From assembly GCA_964016885.1 (NCBI GenBank), contig OZ024740.1, forward strand, positions 89,776,001 to 89,840,000: a stretch of DNA of 64,000 nucleotides, written 5' to 3'. The DNA comes from Eledone cirrhosa. Lineage: Eukaryota. Each line of letters starts with the position of its first letter. Position 1 is the first letter of the stretch. The position numbers and the translations under genes were made by a program. Shown here one piece after another: positions 43,103-58,030 of the stretch. A model generated the notes under the pieces. It did no database searches, was not told where the DNA came from, and worked only from the letters and a program-made list of their open reading frames with translations.

Positions 43103-43478
43103 ATATTGTTATACTTTGGGAGGGTCATGTTGCCAATAAGAAACACACGCACAAGACGCTTTCACTTCAATTTATTATAAATTTAGGAATTTATAAATTT
43201 CAGGTTGGTTGGTTGGTTCCACAACCAGACGATTGTTCATATTTTGTCAAAGTTCTTTCGTCACAAATTCTGTGACCTCTTCAGTGACTGGGAATTATTT
43301 TCTTTGTTTTTGTGCCTCTCCTTTTTCTGTCCTACGCCATCTTGTTTTTGTGTGTGGAACCAACCAACCAGCCGGACAATTATGAATTCCTAAATTTATA
43401 AATTTAATTCATAATGAATTGAAGTGAAAGCAACTGGTGCGTGTGTTTCTTATTGGCAACATGACTCTCCCAAAGTAT

Positions 43479-43483
<5 letters not shown>
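43103..43483. repeat. Inverted repeat (~120-150-bp arms), probable pLTR foldback
   Basis: atattgttatactttgggagggtcatgttgccaataagaaacacacgcac / gtgcgtgtgtttcttattggcaacatgactctcccaaagtataacaatat. Confidence 0.8.
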
Positions 43484-43565
<82 letters not shown>

Positions 43566-45214
43566 TGTCTGTTGTGTTGGTTTGTTTCCTAACGGAATTA
43601 ACCTATATATTATACTGGAACGTTTAAAGTCTGCTAGATAAACAGGTATACATATGGTGCATTTGTAACCACGAATAACCTGAAGGACTTTTAAAAGATG
43701 ATTTGAGAAGTAAATGGAATACTAAAATTATTCTCTGGCTAAAGCGTGGAATGTCACTCAATGTATTTCTCGAACATTTACTGCAGCCATTTTAAATTAA
43801 ATTATATCATAATATAGGAAATATGATGTTCTTCTCTTGTCAATAAATGATGTAAATGAATAGATGAAATATATTATGTAACCCGAGCAAAAAACGCTAC
43901 TAATATCAATTCAATTCATATTAAATATATTGGAGTTAATGAATCTGATATGGTTGTTCTATAAGTAAACATGCTATAGATATAGTATCATTTTCTTACC
44001 AAATGAACATGTGCAAAATACATATGCTCTTCGTATTCCTTACACTGATTTAGATGTTTAATTATACCCAACCTTTCATACTATGTTTTAGTTCCTACAT
44101 TGCAAACTTGAGTATGACTATTGATAGTGATTATATAACACAATTGTATACGCATACAATGATGCAACGACGTCGTATACAGTTCATTTCTCGGTTTTCC
44201 TAAATAGCAACAGCATATCCACAGAATACAAGCAGCCTGGAAATGTAATATATAGATTGACCATGAAATCAGTATGAAGCTTTTTGTGATTGAAATATTG
44301 GATTCTATGATTAAATAACAACTATTACGTGAACAACCATTTTTAACTACTTTGCATTATGCATTCGGTTGTATTTACTATAATGCGTATATTACAATCA
44401 TAATCGGCAATGGTTTGGAGCACGCCATCTCTCACAGAGGAATATTGAAATGCATTTGATTAACAATGAATAATTCTTAGTGTTGTTATCGGTTTGTGAA
44501 TAATTAACTCACATTTTAGAGATGTGCAATGATATTAATGGGAAATGTTATTCTAAAAATATGAATAAATTATACACGCATATTTAAAAAAGCTTATTTA
44601 CCAAATAACTATCACGTCGGTACACCCATTTTATAAATGGTACATAAGTGAACAGTATATATCATTTAACCATTGATGGGGAATCTGAAATTTAACTATG
44701 TATTATAAATATTGCGCAAACATTGACCTGCCACAGAAAGTACTAAATGGATACAACCTTTTAAATAATGCTTTCTTTCTTTATTTATTTATAATAACCA
44801 CATTAATAAGAATAGAAAATATAGAAACGCTAACATATATGTTTTGGGAAGGTAGTTATCAAGTAAATATTTACACTTTCTCAAACGTATATATTTATGT
44901 ACATGTCAAAATATATGAATCCATACCAGTACAACATATATTATTTCATTACTTATTTCCTCATTTATATATAGTTTTGTCATTTTGTCATAGAAACAAT
45001 TTAATGAGTTCATATTTGATGAACTAAACTGTTATTGTATAGGCGCATATGTATTTCTCTTGCGTCACAAAAGTCACATAAAATATAATATGGATGAAAC
45101 ACTCATGTTGAACTCAAATTTAACGTCGATGGGATGTGAACGTAAATGGCCATAACTCTAAGCTACAAAGCTTGGTGTCCGACGATGTACTGATACTGCC
45201 AATCTCTAATACTA

Positions 45215-45490
45215 ATATATGTTTATACTTTTTGGCACAATGCCAGCAATTACCCCAGTGAATTAATGGTGCTTTATTTTATCAACCTCGTAAAGATGAA
45301 ATGCAAAGTAACCCTCGGCAGGACTGGAACTCACAACATAAAGGGCCATAGAATTGTGACCTTTTACGCTCTGATTTCAAATCCTGCCGAGGCTAACTTT
45401 GCCTTTCATCCTTACGGAGTCGATAGAATAACGCAACAGTAATGCACAGAAATAATTGCTGGTCTTGTGACAAATGTGGAAACAATTGTT
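45215..45490. mobile_element. Head-to-head inverted pair of partial SINEs
   Basis: Minus copy 45215-45348 and plus copy 45350-45488; head remnant of another copy at ~45140-45205. Confidence 0.8.
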
Positions 45491-46286
45491 AGTATTCGTT
45501 GTGCACCTGAGTTGTAGTGCACCTGAGCACTGGAGACAACAATTTCATTATTATTATCATTAGAGTTTTGCAAGTTATGAACATAACTTTAAAGAAATGA
45601 CGAATATATTTTAAACTATAAGTATCTATTGTTAATAATTAGTACAAACTATTATGTTGTTTGTAGTCTCAGAATTATATGTAAAATAATGTACTGTCTT
45701 TGCTGCCGTAAACCAATCATTTAACATAAGATGTTGTTCTACTGATATGTAAGATGTTTAAATCAATTTACATATTTGTATTGTTTCCACGTTTGTCTTT
45801 GCCCTGGCTAGCAAGAATTTATGTATTTATGTTATCAATCGTCCATTTATTTTATAATATAAATCGACTGCAATTGGTTAGTTAGCAAGAAATATTCAAC
45901 CTTCTTTCCGCGAATAATTGTATGCCACAGAAACATTTCAGAAAAAAAGTTTTGGACATCTAGTATATCTTACATATTTCAATCGAAGTTGGATAATATC
46001 CATATAGCACTAGAAGGATTTAATACGATGAATCAAAAAATTTCTATGGATCCATATTGAAACATACATTTCAGAAATTACGATGATGTTGGCGATGATG
46101 ATGATGATGATGATGATGATAGTAAAGATGCAGATGACGCTGATAATGATGGCAATGATCACGTAGCGTGATCTATAGATCGATGTCATCACCTATGTAT
46201 TTGTCTCCATGCATACGCAGTGGAGAACATTTTTTATAGGAAAGACTTTGTAAATAAGAGGGAAATCAAAATGCTTTTAAAACTTT

Positions 46287-46404
<118 letters not shown>

Positions 46405-47691
46405 ACTCTCTCTCTTTCTCTCTTGACTTCATCTGTTGTTTATTTCGTCTACTTCAACCTAAGAAAAAAGCAAAGCATGAAATCAATTCCAAAATCTTTC
46501 AGAAAATACATGTATGTAAGTCATTTATTTATTTTCGGGTTTTATTTACGATTAACTTCGTCTTCCCTCTGATTTTATGAAAAATACAATATACTTTAGC
46601 ATATGAGTATATAAAGTGGCACATGACGAATTCTCGGCTTGGCAGTAACATTAAATTTGGAAAGGTATTAACAGTTGCTATATCCAAAATCTAGTAATTC
46701 CCTGTTAGGATCCACTTGGTTTACATTGGTAATATGTATTTCAGTGCCTTCCATTATGTTAAGTCATGTTGTAACTTTAAGATAAACAATTACAACAGTT
46801 TTATATTAAAGGGAGATGACTCATGTTGAAGTCAAATTTTAGCGGATATTACAATACTAACATCTTTGTATTTCTGTGGTTATGGGAATAATTTCATCCA
46901 GCAACGCAAAGAATATATTACTAAAATATCATGATTTAAATATACATCTCTAGAGGTATGCAGTTTCCGTTAGAAGCATTTATCTAGAGTACAATGTTAC
47001 AGTATGTCATGCAGAATATTGTGTTGCATTGAGAACAGTGTTTACGATAAGAGAATAGAATTAGGTTTTATTAAACTACAGCTCATGAAGATATATTTGG
47101 TGTAGATCATGACACAAGAAAGACAGGTTAATTTATTTGGCAATGTTTTCAAGAGAAGATTATAATCTATAAAGAATGATACAGAAATTGAATCAAATCA
47201 TTAGCCTATCTGAAAACAAGAAAATCTTTTGAAGTTGGATAATGCATATTTTAGAGCATCTATTCATATGTTAAACTTGCATGTAGATCGAGATTTCCTG
47301 CAACCAAAATCGACGTGCATTCCTGCGGTCTGCATCGCCGCAGCCAAACATCAGCATAACGCTGAATTCGATATCGATTTTCAGATATATTCACACGCAT
47401 TAAAAGGGTTAAATTTGGCGTCAATATATGTTACAAACATTTACGCCCTTTGTGAGCCACGGAAGACGTGTTCGGAAAACAAGAAATTTCTTGTCAATAT
47501 AGTCTGTATATATATTCTAGACAACCACCATGAACGATGCCCTAAGAAGAAACACGGAAAGGAATTGCATCCTATTACAGTATGTAAGAAAATGCCGGCT
47601 TTTTCCGTGAAGTTCCCATACGAGTTAATCTCATTTCTTTTTCAAGGGGGTTAATAATCTAACAAGGGACGACATATTTTCCGGTTTCAAC

Positions 47692-47772
47692 CTGGCTGCA
47701 TCGACCGCAACCCCAAGCACTGAAGATCACAACACAGAGGAGAGGAAGGTATAGACCTCGGTTTCCCTTCAT
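47692..47772 (-). CDS. Candidate first coding exon with signal peptide
   Basis: Acceptor gattattgcag at 47784; MKGNRGLYLPLLCVVIFSAWGCGRCSQ (basic n-region, hydrophobic h-region, small-residue c-region); donor CAG|GTTGAA. Confidence 0.5.
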
Positions 47773-48350
47773 TGTCAGGTCATCTGCAATAATCAGTCGT
47801 AAACTGTAATTTCCCTCTGGAAAGTTAAATCATTGTTACGACGTCGAAATGTTGTATCTATGATAATATAAATATTTTCATTTTCATTGAAACCGCTGTA
47901 TTAATTTTTCTTCTTTGCTTTCTCGTCTTCTTATATTGCAACATAATGACCTATTTGCCGCCAAGCCTTATCCATTTCCTATTGAAATTCCTGAAATTAA
48001 TCGTAAATGTGCGGAGGAATACACGTACAGGGAATGATGAAAGTACATTACATTGATAACCTGCTGAATGCCGGAGGGGAGAGTGTAGAAATACTCAGAA
48101 CTCTGAAGATGGATAGAGATCATGGTAAGAACATCTAAAACTAATGGGCAACATTTCAGAGTAGATAGATGTCTATTTTCAATACCTACCTTCCGGCAAG
48201 GTTACGCTAACATTGCCCTCCGGGAACTAATTCCGTATACCTTGAAAATAACTTGTCTGTAGCTAGAAGCATAAATAACTGTTAAATGAAGTCGTATAGG
48301 TGGAAATTAAATTTTGAAATATTTCAGACAAAAGCCAAATAAGCAAAAAA

Positions 48351-49275
48351 ATTGTTTCTACTTTTGGCACAATGCCAGCAATTATCCCAGTGCATTATTG
48401 GTGCTTTAATTTATCGATCCCATAATGATGAAAGGCAAAGCTAACGGTGACAGGATTTGAATTCAGAACATAAAGGGCCATAACTCTATGCTGCAAAGCA
48501 TGCTGCAGGATGCTCTGCCGATTCTGCCAATCCACCACACAAATAACCATATAAATTGTTTCTACTTTTGGCACAAGGCCAGCAATTTTCGCAGTCCATT
48601 ACTGGTACTTTATTTTATCGACCCCGTAAGGATGAAAGGCAAGTTAACCATGGCGGGATTTGAACTCAGACCATAATGGGCCGTAACTCTTTGCTGCAAT
48701 GCATGGCGTGCGACCCTCTACCGATACTGCCAATCCAAACCATAATAATTGTTTCTACTTTTTGGCACAAGGCCAGCAATTACCCAGTGCATTAATGGTA
48801 CTTTATTTTATCGACCCCGTAAGGATGAAAGGCAAAGTTAACCTCGACGGGATTCGAACTCAGAATGGCAAGGGCCGTAACGCTATGTGAAAGCATAGCA
48901 TCCGACCCTCTACCGATATTGCCAATCCACCCTTAATAATGATATCCAAACAATAATAATTGTTTATACTTTAGGCACAAGGCCAGCAATTACCCAGTGC
49001 ATTACTGGTACTTTATTTTATCGACCCCGTAAGGATGAAAGGCAAAGTTAACCTCGACGGGATTCGAACTCAGAATGGCAAGGGCCGTAACGCTATGTGA
49101 AAGCATAGCATCCGACCCTCTACCGATATTGCCAATCCACCCTTAATAATGATATCCAAACAATAATAATTGTTTATACTTTAGGCACAAGGCCAGCAAT
49201 TACCCAGTGCATTACTGGTACTTTATTTTATCGACCCCGTAAGGATGAAAGGCAAAGTCAACCTCGGCGAGATTT
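48351..49275 (-). mobile_element. Tandem array of five SINE copies
   Basis: Tails at ~48351, 48554, 48746, 48958 and 49168; last units repeat with an exact 210-bp period. Confidence 0.92.
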
Positions 49276-50754
49276 GCCATATCAGGTCCCACTAAACACT
49301 TATATTCTCTCTCTAGAGGAACTTGACCCAGTTTCCTTCTCTATTTTTCTAGTAATGGACTATTATTATTAAAACATTTCTGTTGGGAAGCACATAGTTC
49401 AATTTTTTTTTATTTTCCAAAAGATTCTTAGTCCAACCATCTTTGTAAGAACTTTTGGGTGTTTGTGTGCATTTTTGTGTATGTATGTATATGAATGTGT
49501 CTTTCAGTATCAGAGTGCCTGTCTGTATTTATATTTCCTCGGGTTTGAAAGGAAACGACTTGTGTCAGTATGTTCCGTAATTCTTCCAATAGATAATAAG
49601 ATAGACAAAATACTATATGAACTAACTCCCTATATGGTTGAGGTCTTAATCCGAAGTGGATACATTTAGAAAAAATTACATTGAATGTGGGTGTAATTTT
49701 AGCCTAGCTAAAACTGTATACCGATTCGGATCTTTGGAATGATCATATTTCATCCATCTGTTTAGTGTTCTAAGATGAAATATTATTAATTCTGGCATGT
49801 TTTATCGGTATAATAATCATTAAATACTATTGTGTTTCTTAAGAGCTTCACTGAAGATGAAATACTTCTTTAGTTTTATAAGAATATATCTTATTAAAGT
49901 AAGCAAAGTATCTTCTCATACATTTACAATTACACATAAATTGGAAAGTGCTTGTCCATATTACATCGCTGACGTCAATGTTATTGAATTATTTTAATAT
50001 CACATACCAAGTTGAGCGAACATTTTCTCACAATAAATTATATCGTATGCAACTATTATTTTAATTCTCATCCTTTCTTACTTATGAAAACCGTGAATTC
50101 TAATCTTATTTTATTCTATACACATCAATTGAAAGTTGTTTATTTGTTATTCCGAATATTGCATATGAAAGGTGTCTCTAAATGTTTGACGAAAAATGTA
50201 TGTATAGGTGGAAGATAATTCAATGTAAATACAATGGACACCAGTCAAGGAAACTTATTTTATTTAACATAGAATGCGCCATCTGTGGTATTTGCGGCAT
50301 GTGTTAACGTATGGGTTTGTGTTACATACGTATCCACAAACATACACACAATCACACAGAAAAGCATATATAGCACATCTCAGCATATATAGCACATCAC
50401 TTTATTAAGAATAGAATCTAGATTTACTATGCATGTGTGCATATTTCGATAAATGTGTTAATATATGATAGTTTTTAATTGAAAAGTATTTTATTGTGCT
50501 ATTATTGATTAAATGATTGCTTAATTTTTCATTCAGTAATTCCTACAAATATGAATTTTGATGAAATATGAATGAATAAAGACAGGGACCTTTCTAATGA
50601 AAAAAAGGTGAATGTTATTTAACAGTCATTACAAGAATTTATTTTGGGAATATATACCTACACGTTCGTGATATATTTATTAGTATTTATAAGTATTTCA
50701 GATTATGTTTCTATTGAGCCTATCATGAATAAGTTCATAATTATCATAATAGAT

Positions 50755-50940
50755 AATTGTTTCTACTTTAGGCACAAGGCCAGCAATTACCCAGTGCATT
50801 ACTGGTACTTTATTTTATCGACCCCGTAAGGATGAAAGGCAAAGTCAACCTCGGCGGGATTTGAACTCAGATCGTAAAGGGACGTAACTATGCTGGAAAA
50901 CATGGCGTCCGACCTTCTACCGATACTGCCAATCCACCGA
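50755..50940 (-). mobile_element. tRNA-derived SINE, full length
   Basis: Same family, A and B boxes recognisable. Confidence 0.9.
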
Positions 50941-51162
50941 TAATATTTCTTTTTAACTTTCAAAGGAAACGTGGTTTAAATCCGATCTATAGCCTGTATA
51001 TTACATTTCAAAAGATTATGTTAGGATGTAAATGTATTCAGTTCACATTGAGATGCTTCTTGATATTATAAGGATATTAAAAATATAACGCTCGGGGAAA
51101 TAAATGTCAATACAATTTTATTCGTTTGAAAGAAATGTCAATACAATTTTATTAATATAGAG

Positions 51163-52869
51163 CAGGGATCGGCAACATTTTGGAGAGAGAGGGCCAAACA
51201 GCTATGCAGTGTCATGGAGGAGGGCCATGTTATTAAATATGTAAATACATTTTCTGGAGGTTTAAGGCAAAACAAGGAATTTAATATAATCTTATTTTAC
51301 TGTAGGAATAACAAACAAAAAAAAGAAAAAAAAACTACAAACACATTCAACAAAAAAAAGCAAATTCCTTATTTTACTGCAGGAATAACAGTAAAACAAC
51401 TACTATCACGATCAACAACAACAAAACACATTCCTTGCGACGAACGAAATACAGTTAGAAATGGTAAATGATTTAATGAGACACTTGTTTCTGCTTATTG
51501 TGCAATAACTTCTCCGCATCAGGTGAAATATGTGTCGATGACAGGAGCAAAACATAATCCAGGTGGTCGTCACGCAACCTTGTTCTTAAATGACTTTTAG
51601 TATATTTCATTTTGGAAAAAAAGTCGTTCACAAGCATATGCACTTCCAAATAATGATATCATCAGTTTCGCATTAGTCAAGATGTTTTTATATTTTCCGC
51701 TTGGCAATATATATTTCTTGTAGAAGCAAACACATTTTCCGAAGTGCTCAATGAAAAAATAGCTAAGTGCCCAGCCATCGTTAAAGCTTCGGCACTCTAA
51801 GTCCACTTTTCTTTTCTTAGCTCCCATGGACTTGTTTTTGTACAAACAAAACAGATTTATGAAAAGGAAAAAGAACAAAAAGTATAATAATCAGAATAAA
51901 GAAATAAGAAACAATGAAAACAAACGTAAATGCAAATACAGTAATGCGATAAAATATGATAATTGTGAATAAATTATATAAAACCAGGTTTCTAACGACG
52001 TTGTTAGATCAGGGTTGCCAATTGTTTTTTTAAACCACTTTTGGCCTAATTCTAATAATAATAATTCATACAATTTATCATAAATAATTAAATAAACGTT
52101 ACTATCGAATAAAGATACCTACTGTATAGTAGTTATACCACCAGACAACAAACTCAAATGAAAATACTCTGAGGAGGAGGGAACGAAGTACTTTTTCCAA
52201 GGACAGCTTTACCTTGTGCCGGGGGGCACAGGTAAGTTCAGTCAAACGAAGGTGACAATAATTCACGAGTGATTTTATTGAATGACAATATGGGTATAAA
52301 AGCGAGTCATGCGAACCGTAAGGTAGTATACCTTCCAGTCGCTGACGAAAATGCATACTTCCAGCCAACATTTGTGTTTGTTGACTGGAACAAAAACACA
52401 TACATGAAATCACAGGAAATAATAGTACAAGTGATATAATTGTTTCTACGTTAGGCACAAGGCCAGCGATAACCCAGTGCATTACTATTTTATCGACCCC
52501 GTAAGGATGAAAGGCAAAGTTAACCTCGGCGGGATTTGAACTCAGAATGGCAAGGGCCGTAACTCTATACGTCAAAGCATGGCGTCCGACCCTCTCCCAA
52601 CTCTGCCAATCCAAATGCTTGGCGGAAAGCCCAGAAAAAGATGGATAAGAGGAAATAATAATAAATGGAAAATATAATAAGGTTACAAAGGTATCTGTAA
52701 ATGTATACGGTATGAACAGCGATTTGTGATGGGCATCAGGTCGGCAAAACCTTGAAGTATCTGTATTCGATACTAATTAGATAATTAGTGTCCAGTGTAA
52801 GATAGCGGGCCGGACAAAAATCATTCGAGGGGCGGATGTGGCTCTCGGGCCGGGGGTTGCCGAACTCTG
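51163..52869 (-). mobile_element. Internally deleted hAT (Charlie/SPIN-like) DNA transposon
   Basis: TIRs CAGGGATCGGCAAC / GTTGCCGAACTCTG; 8-bp TSD ATATAGAG at 51155-51162 and 52870-52877; transposase remnants MGAKKRKVDLECRSFNDGWALSYFF..CVC and SLFGSAYACERLF. Confidence 0.93.
52438..52613 (-). mobile_element. SINE nested in the hAT element
   Basis: Same SINE family, located between the TIRs. Confidence 0.9.
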
Positions 52870-53467
52870 ATATAGAGGTACTAACATTATTTCTCGTGTA
52901 AATTGTTATTTTCTACGATGTTAAAATATATGTTGCTAATTATGGAGAATCTCCACAATAAACATAGGTGCTGAAAATAAATGGAATTAACATGGTCAGT
53001 AAAGTAATAGATACGTATACAATGCTTACATACAACCTCACACGTATTCAAAACCACAGGAATTTACACACATACTTATGTATCCTGGACAGATCACTGA
53101 GATATACGGCCCCACTATTCCCGTGAACAGCTCCATTCATTTCTTTCCGCCGTCAATATTTTCAATCCTGTTTACATCTTCATCATCGCACCTTCACGAA
53201 TAACACATATAATGAGAAGTTGTTTTGTTACAAATTCACACATGTTCAAACTGCTTACAGAATACATGAACACATCTTTTTTACTTCGAAATATTGCTAC
53301 ACAAATCGAAATGTTATATTTAATGAGACAATTATGACATCATCCATTGTGTCGGAGAGAGAAAGAAAGCGAGAGAGAGAGAGAGAGGGGGGAGTTAAAC
53401 AACAGCCCAATCGGTACAGTATACGGAAGGAGTATATTAGGTTAACGCTTGAATTAGCAGGAAGAGG

Positions 53468-53505
53468 GTCTTAACGTTTCTGACGTTAGTCCTTCGTCAG
53501 ACTAA
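53468..53505 (-). ncRNA. Minimal hammerhead in a solo pLTR fragment
   Basis: Minus strand CTGACGA-AG-GAC-TAAC-GTC-A-GAAA-CGTT-A; AACGTT palindrome; stem I unclear. Confidence 0.68.
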
Positions 53506-53694
53506 AGAATGACACATTAGAATGATTGAAGGGACGGACGGGGTGGAAGTGGAAAAATGTTTTTAGAGGAATATATCAAATCCATTCATGTTGCCATCTC
53601 TTGGAAAACAGTTGATGCTGTGGTTTTGTGTATGACACACACACACACACACACACACACATGCACCCCCCCCCCACACACACAACACCCACAT

Positions 53695-53776
<82 letters not shown>

Positions 53777-53994
53777 TATATATGTATTACGACATCTGCA
53801 TTTATCTTCTAATAAATAGCCCTTAGAAGCCTCTGGTTAATCAGTTGCTATAATAGAAGACACCTGTCTCTGTGGTTAAAAATGCGTAGGTGTGTTTTAG
53901 ATATATAGATTTGTGATGTGTTTAATATTCATATAGGTGGGTCTAGTATTTGCTACATTTGGACAATTCATTAACATTCATAATTTAAAAATAA

Positions 53995-54572
53995 TAATTG
54001 TTTCTACTATTGGTAAAATGCAAGCAATTAGCCCAGTGCATTACTAGTGCTTTATTTTATCGACCCCGTAAGGATGAAACGTAATCTTAACGTCGGCGGG
54101 ATTTGACCTCAGAACGTAAAGGACTAGGACTCTATGCTGCAAAGCCTGGTGGCTGAGGCTCTACCGATCGTTTCTTTCCACAAAAAATAATTATTTCTAC
54201 TTTTAGCACAAGGCCAGCAATTATCCCAGTGTATTACTGCTACTTTATTATATCGACCCCGTAAGGATGAAAGGCAACGTTAACCTCGGTGGGATTAGAA
54301 CTCAGACCATAAAGGGCCGTAACTCTTTACTGCAAAGCATAGCGTCAGACCCGCTACCGATACTGCCAATCCATAAAAATAATAATTGTTTTTACCTTTT
54401 GGCACAAGGACAGCAATTACCCAGTTCATTACTGGTATTTTATTTTATCGACCCCGTAAGGATGAAAGGCAGAGTTAACCTCGGCGGGATTTGAACTCAG
54501 ATCGTAAAGGGACGTAACTCTTTGCGTCAAAGCATGGCATCCGATCCTCTACCGATACTGCCAATTCACCGC
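53995..54572 (-). mobile_element. Three head-to-tail SINE copies
   Basis: Tails at ~53995, 54188 and 54383. Confidence 0.9.
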
Positions 54573-54857
54573 CTTATAATGATATTATATATGGATTCAT
54601 ATCTCCAGAAAACAAGAAGCATCAAGATAATAACCTTTCTTCAGGCGCTAATACGGTTATTGGGCCTGACTTTTGTGACGCCTCTTGTATTTTGGAGGTG
54701 TAGTCAGATTTGCGCCATGAACCTTTGGGTAGCGCCTTTGTTCTGTTTATGAATTTAAATAAATAATATATTTCTAATCTCTTCCCGATTCTGCACTGTT
54801 TTCCTTTTCATTTTCACATCTATGAATATGGGTATATATCCGCACACACACACACGC

Positions 54858-54889
<32 letters not shown>

Positions 54890-55652
54890 GCACACACACA
54901 CACACGCACACACACACACACACACACACACGCGCGCACCCACAAACACACACACACACGCACGCACACACGCACACACACACACACACGCACATACACA
55001 CTCACACACAGAGACACACACACACGTGTATATATATATTCCGCTTCTGCATCAGATTTATCATAACTAAATTATTTCCTTATCTCCATTTTGTTTAATA
55101 CATTTAAACTGTCTAGTATTTAATCTCTTGAACATGTACTACATTGTAAAATTTCTGGGTGGGGCAAATGTAATTTCTATTATATTTTCCCTTCTATATC
55201 AATGAATAGTGAGTCGTACAATATTTTACTTCTGAATCACATGCTATTATTTGAATAAATCGAAATTTGGCAAAAACAATTTTGTTACATTTCCAATATT
55301 AGACACCACAAATATAGGTATAACATAGGCCGAGATGAAATAAATTGTTAGCTGACAAATATAATTGTAAGAGCTCATAATTTATTTATACAATGGATAG
55401 AGAACGAATATATTTTCCTGATTGTTTCTTCTGCAATCAATACTGAAACTAAACTTAAGTAAACATACAGTTAAAATCATAAATTTTATATGTATTAAGT
55501 AAGAAAAGATTCGACAATGTTTTCCTGTCTAAGGTATTTAAATGTTACTTGAGCACAACAAGTTTGACAATAATTCGCTAATTGCTTCAATAGATATATA
55601 CCAAATAATAGCGTTTTTGATAGCAGCAACTTGATATTAAATATTAATGCAG

Positions 55653-56121
55653 TCGTTTATGTGACAGAAGTATTAAATGAATAACTACATAATAAATACA
55701 AAATAATAATTATTTCATCTATTGGGCTTGAACCAAACACCCTAGAAATAATTTTTAGGCGATATAATCGGACAGGAAAAGGTGTATAGTTTCTTAATAT
55801 TTAAAGGATAATATATGAGATAACAGATACATCTGAATTCTAGGATGTAAAGTCTCGTAAATAACGACTGGTTGTATTTTAAAGAGCAATAGTTAAAACA
55901 ATGTTCATACTAAAATAGAACTACCATCAATTAATAACAAAATCATTGAACCCCAACTTTGAGGAAAACGTTAAAATCTATAAGTGTTAAGTCAATATAT
56001 TTCGTAACAGTAATGTGTTGTGTGCGTTGATTTTGTCTTTACTTTTTGTAAAGGCACACACGCCCGCACGTAAACATACACACGCACACGCACATATACA
56101 CACATACACACACATACACAC

Positions 56122-56183
<62 letters not shown>

Positions 56184-56290
56184 TATATATATATACATAT
56201 ACGTGCGTGTATGTATATATATATAAATGTGTGTTTGTATACATATATATATGTATGCGTGTGTATGTATATATGTATATATATACACAT

Positions 56291-56354
<64 letters not shown>

Positions 56355-56494
56355 GTTTATGTGACAGAAGTATTAAATGACTAACTACATAATAAATACA
56401 AAATAATAATTATTTCATCTATTGGGCTTGAACCAAACACCCTAGAAATAATTTTTAGGCGATATAATCAGACAGGAAAAGGTGTATAGTTTCT
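55653..56494 (+). repeat. 142-bp direct duplication of local unique DNA
   Basis: 55653-55794 recurs at 56353-56494 with 2 visible mismatches. Confidence 0.92.
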
Positions 56495-56514
56495 ATATAT
56501 ATATATATATATAA

Positions 56515-56580
<66 letters not shown>

Positions 56581-56614
56581 AATTTATATATATATATATA
56601 TATATGTACGTATA

Positions 56615-57320
56615 TATACGTACATTTAAGTATCAACCGTACTAAGAGTGAGAAATGAAATTTCATTTTTTCCATTTATCGTTATCGGTACGCCCGGCCG
56701 ACTAACTCATTCGATATGTAAATTAGGCTGCTCAGTCGTTAATATGCATAAGGAAAGTATATACTTTCAAATGTTCAATCACCTGACAGGAATGTATACG
56801 GTGCTGATGAGTGCTAATAAGCAAGAAACTAGTTCATCTTTCCTTTGTCAGTGTTGAACAACTGGGCAACGATGGTTCCCGAACACTGTACGGCTTAATT
56901 CGGACTGTTTGTTTACAAACAAACCGAATATTATAATAAATGTTCGGTAAACCCATAGGTACATATATATATGTGTGCATGTATGTATGTATGTATATAC
57001 ATACTACTGTACGTATGTATACATATATGTATGTACGTATACATATTTATATTTAAGTATTAACCGTACTAAGAGTGAGATATGAACTTTCATTTTTTCC
57101 ATTTATTGTTTTCGGTACGCCTGAACGACTATCTCATTCGATATGCAAATTGCGCTGATCAGCCGTTAATATGCATAAGCAAAGTATATACTTTCAAACT
57201 TTCAATCGACTGACATGCAGGTATACGGTACTGTACGTCGGTATACATGTATGTACGTATACCTACTTATATTTAAGTATCAGTCATACTAGGAGTGAGA
57301 AAAGAAATTTCATGTTTCCA
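56615..57320 (+). repeat. HHR-bearing repeat, ~420-bp partial tandem (family of 16860-17800)
   Basis: tacatttaagtat..tactaagagtgag.aatgaa.tttc recurs at ~56620, 57050 and 57270. Confidence 0.8.
56799..56838 (+). ncRNA. Minimal hammerhead ribozyme
   Basis: ggtg-CTGATGA-G-TGCT-AATA-AGCA-A-GAAA-CTAG-TT-catc. Confidence 0.72.
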
Positions 57321-57321
57321 T

Positions 57322-57447
<126 letters not shown>

Positions 57448-57993
57448 CGTGTCTCTGATCTATATATACCGGTCATAGACACACACACATATATATATTT
57501 ACACATTAACAATATCAACTCTCTCTCTCTTCCATTCTCCTTCTCTGTCTCCTTTCCCTCTCTTAATGTCACCCTTTCAATCTACTCTCTCACAACCATG
57601 ATCTCTTTCTATCTATCCTTCTCACTCTCTCTGTTTATGAAGGTACACAGGAAACCCCATATCTCTGGAACCAATACTTCGATTTACGCGAAACAATTTT
57701 TTTGTCTATTTGTATTCCCATATCAGGGGCAACTTCCTTTCAAAGTATTTTCCCATTATGCGCCCTTTTGTCTGTATTACGTTACAGACAAACAATCACA
57801 CACGTTTAGTAATATATTAGACCAACCGTGAACCGTGAGGTCACATTCGCTTCAAAATCTTTCTTTCAATCATGTTCACTTAAAAAAAAAAATTTAATAA
57901 TTAAAATATACACAGACATGTATATAATGTGAAATGCAATGATAGGCGCATATATATACGTTTGTGTATGTATATATATAAATGTGTGTGTAT

Positions 57994-58026
<33 letters not shown>

Positions 58027-58030
<4 letters not shown>

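Noticed and set aside
47229-47654. 141-aa plus-strand ORF
   Set aside because: Non-ATG start, no motif; more likely intronic sequence next to the minus-strand exon candidate
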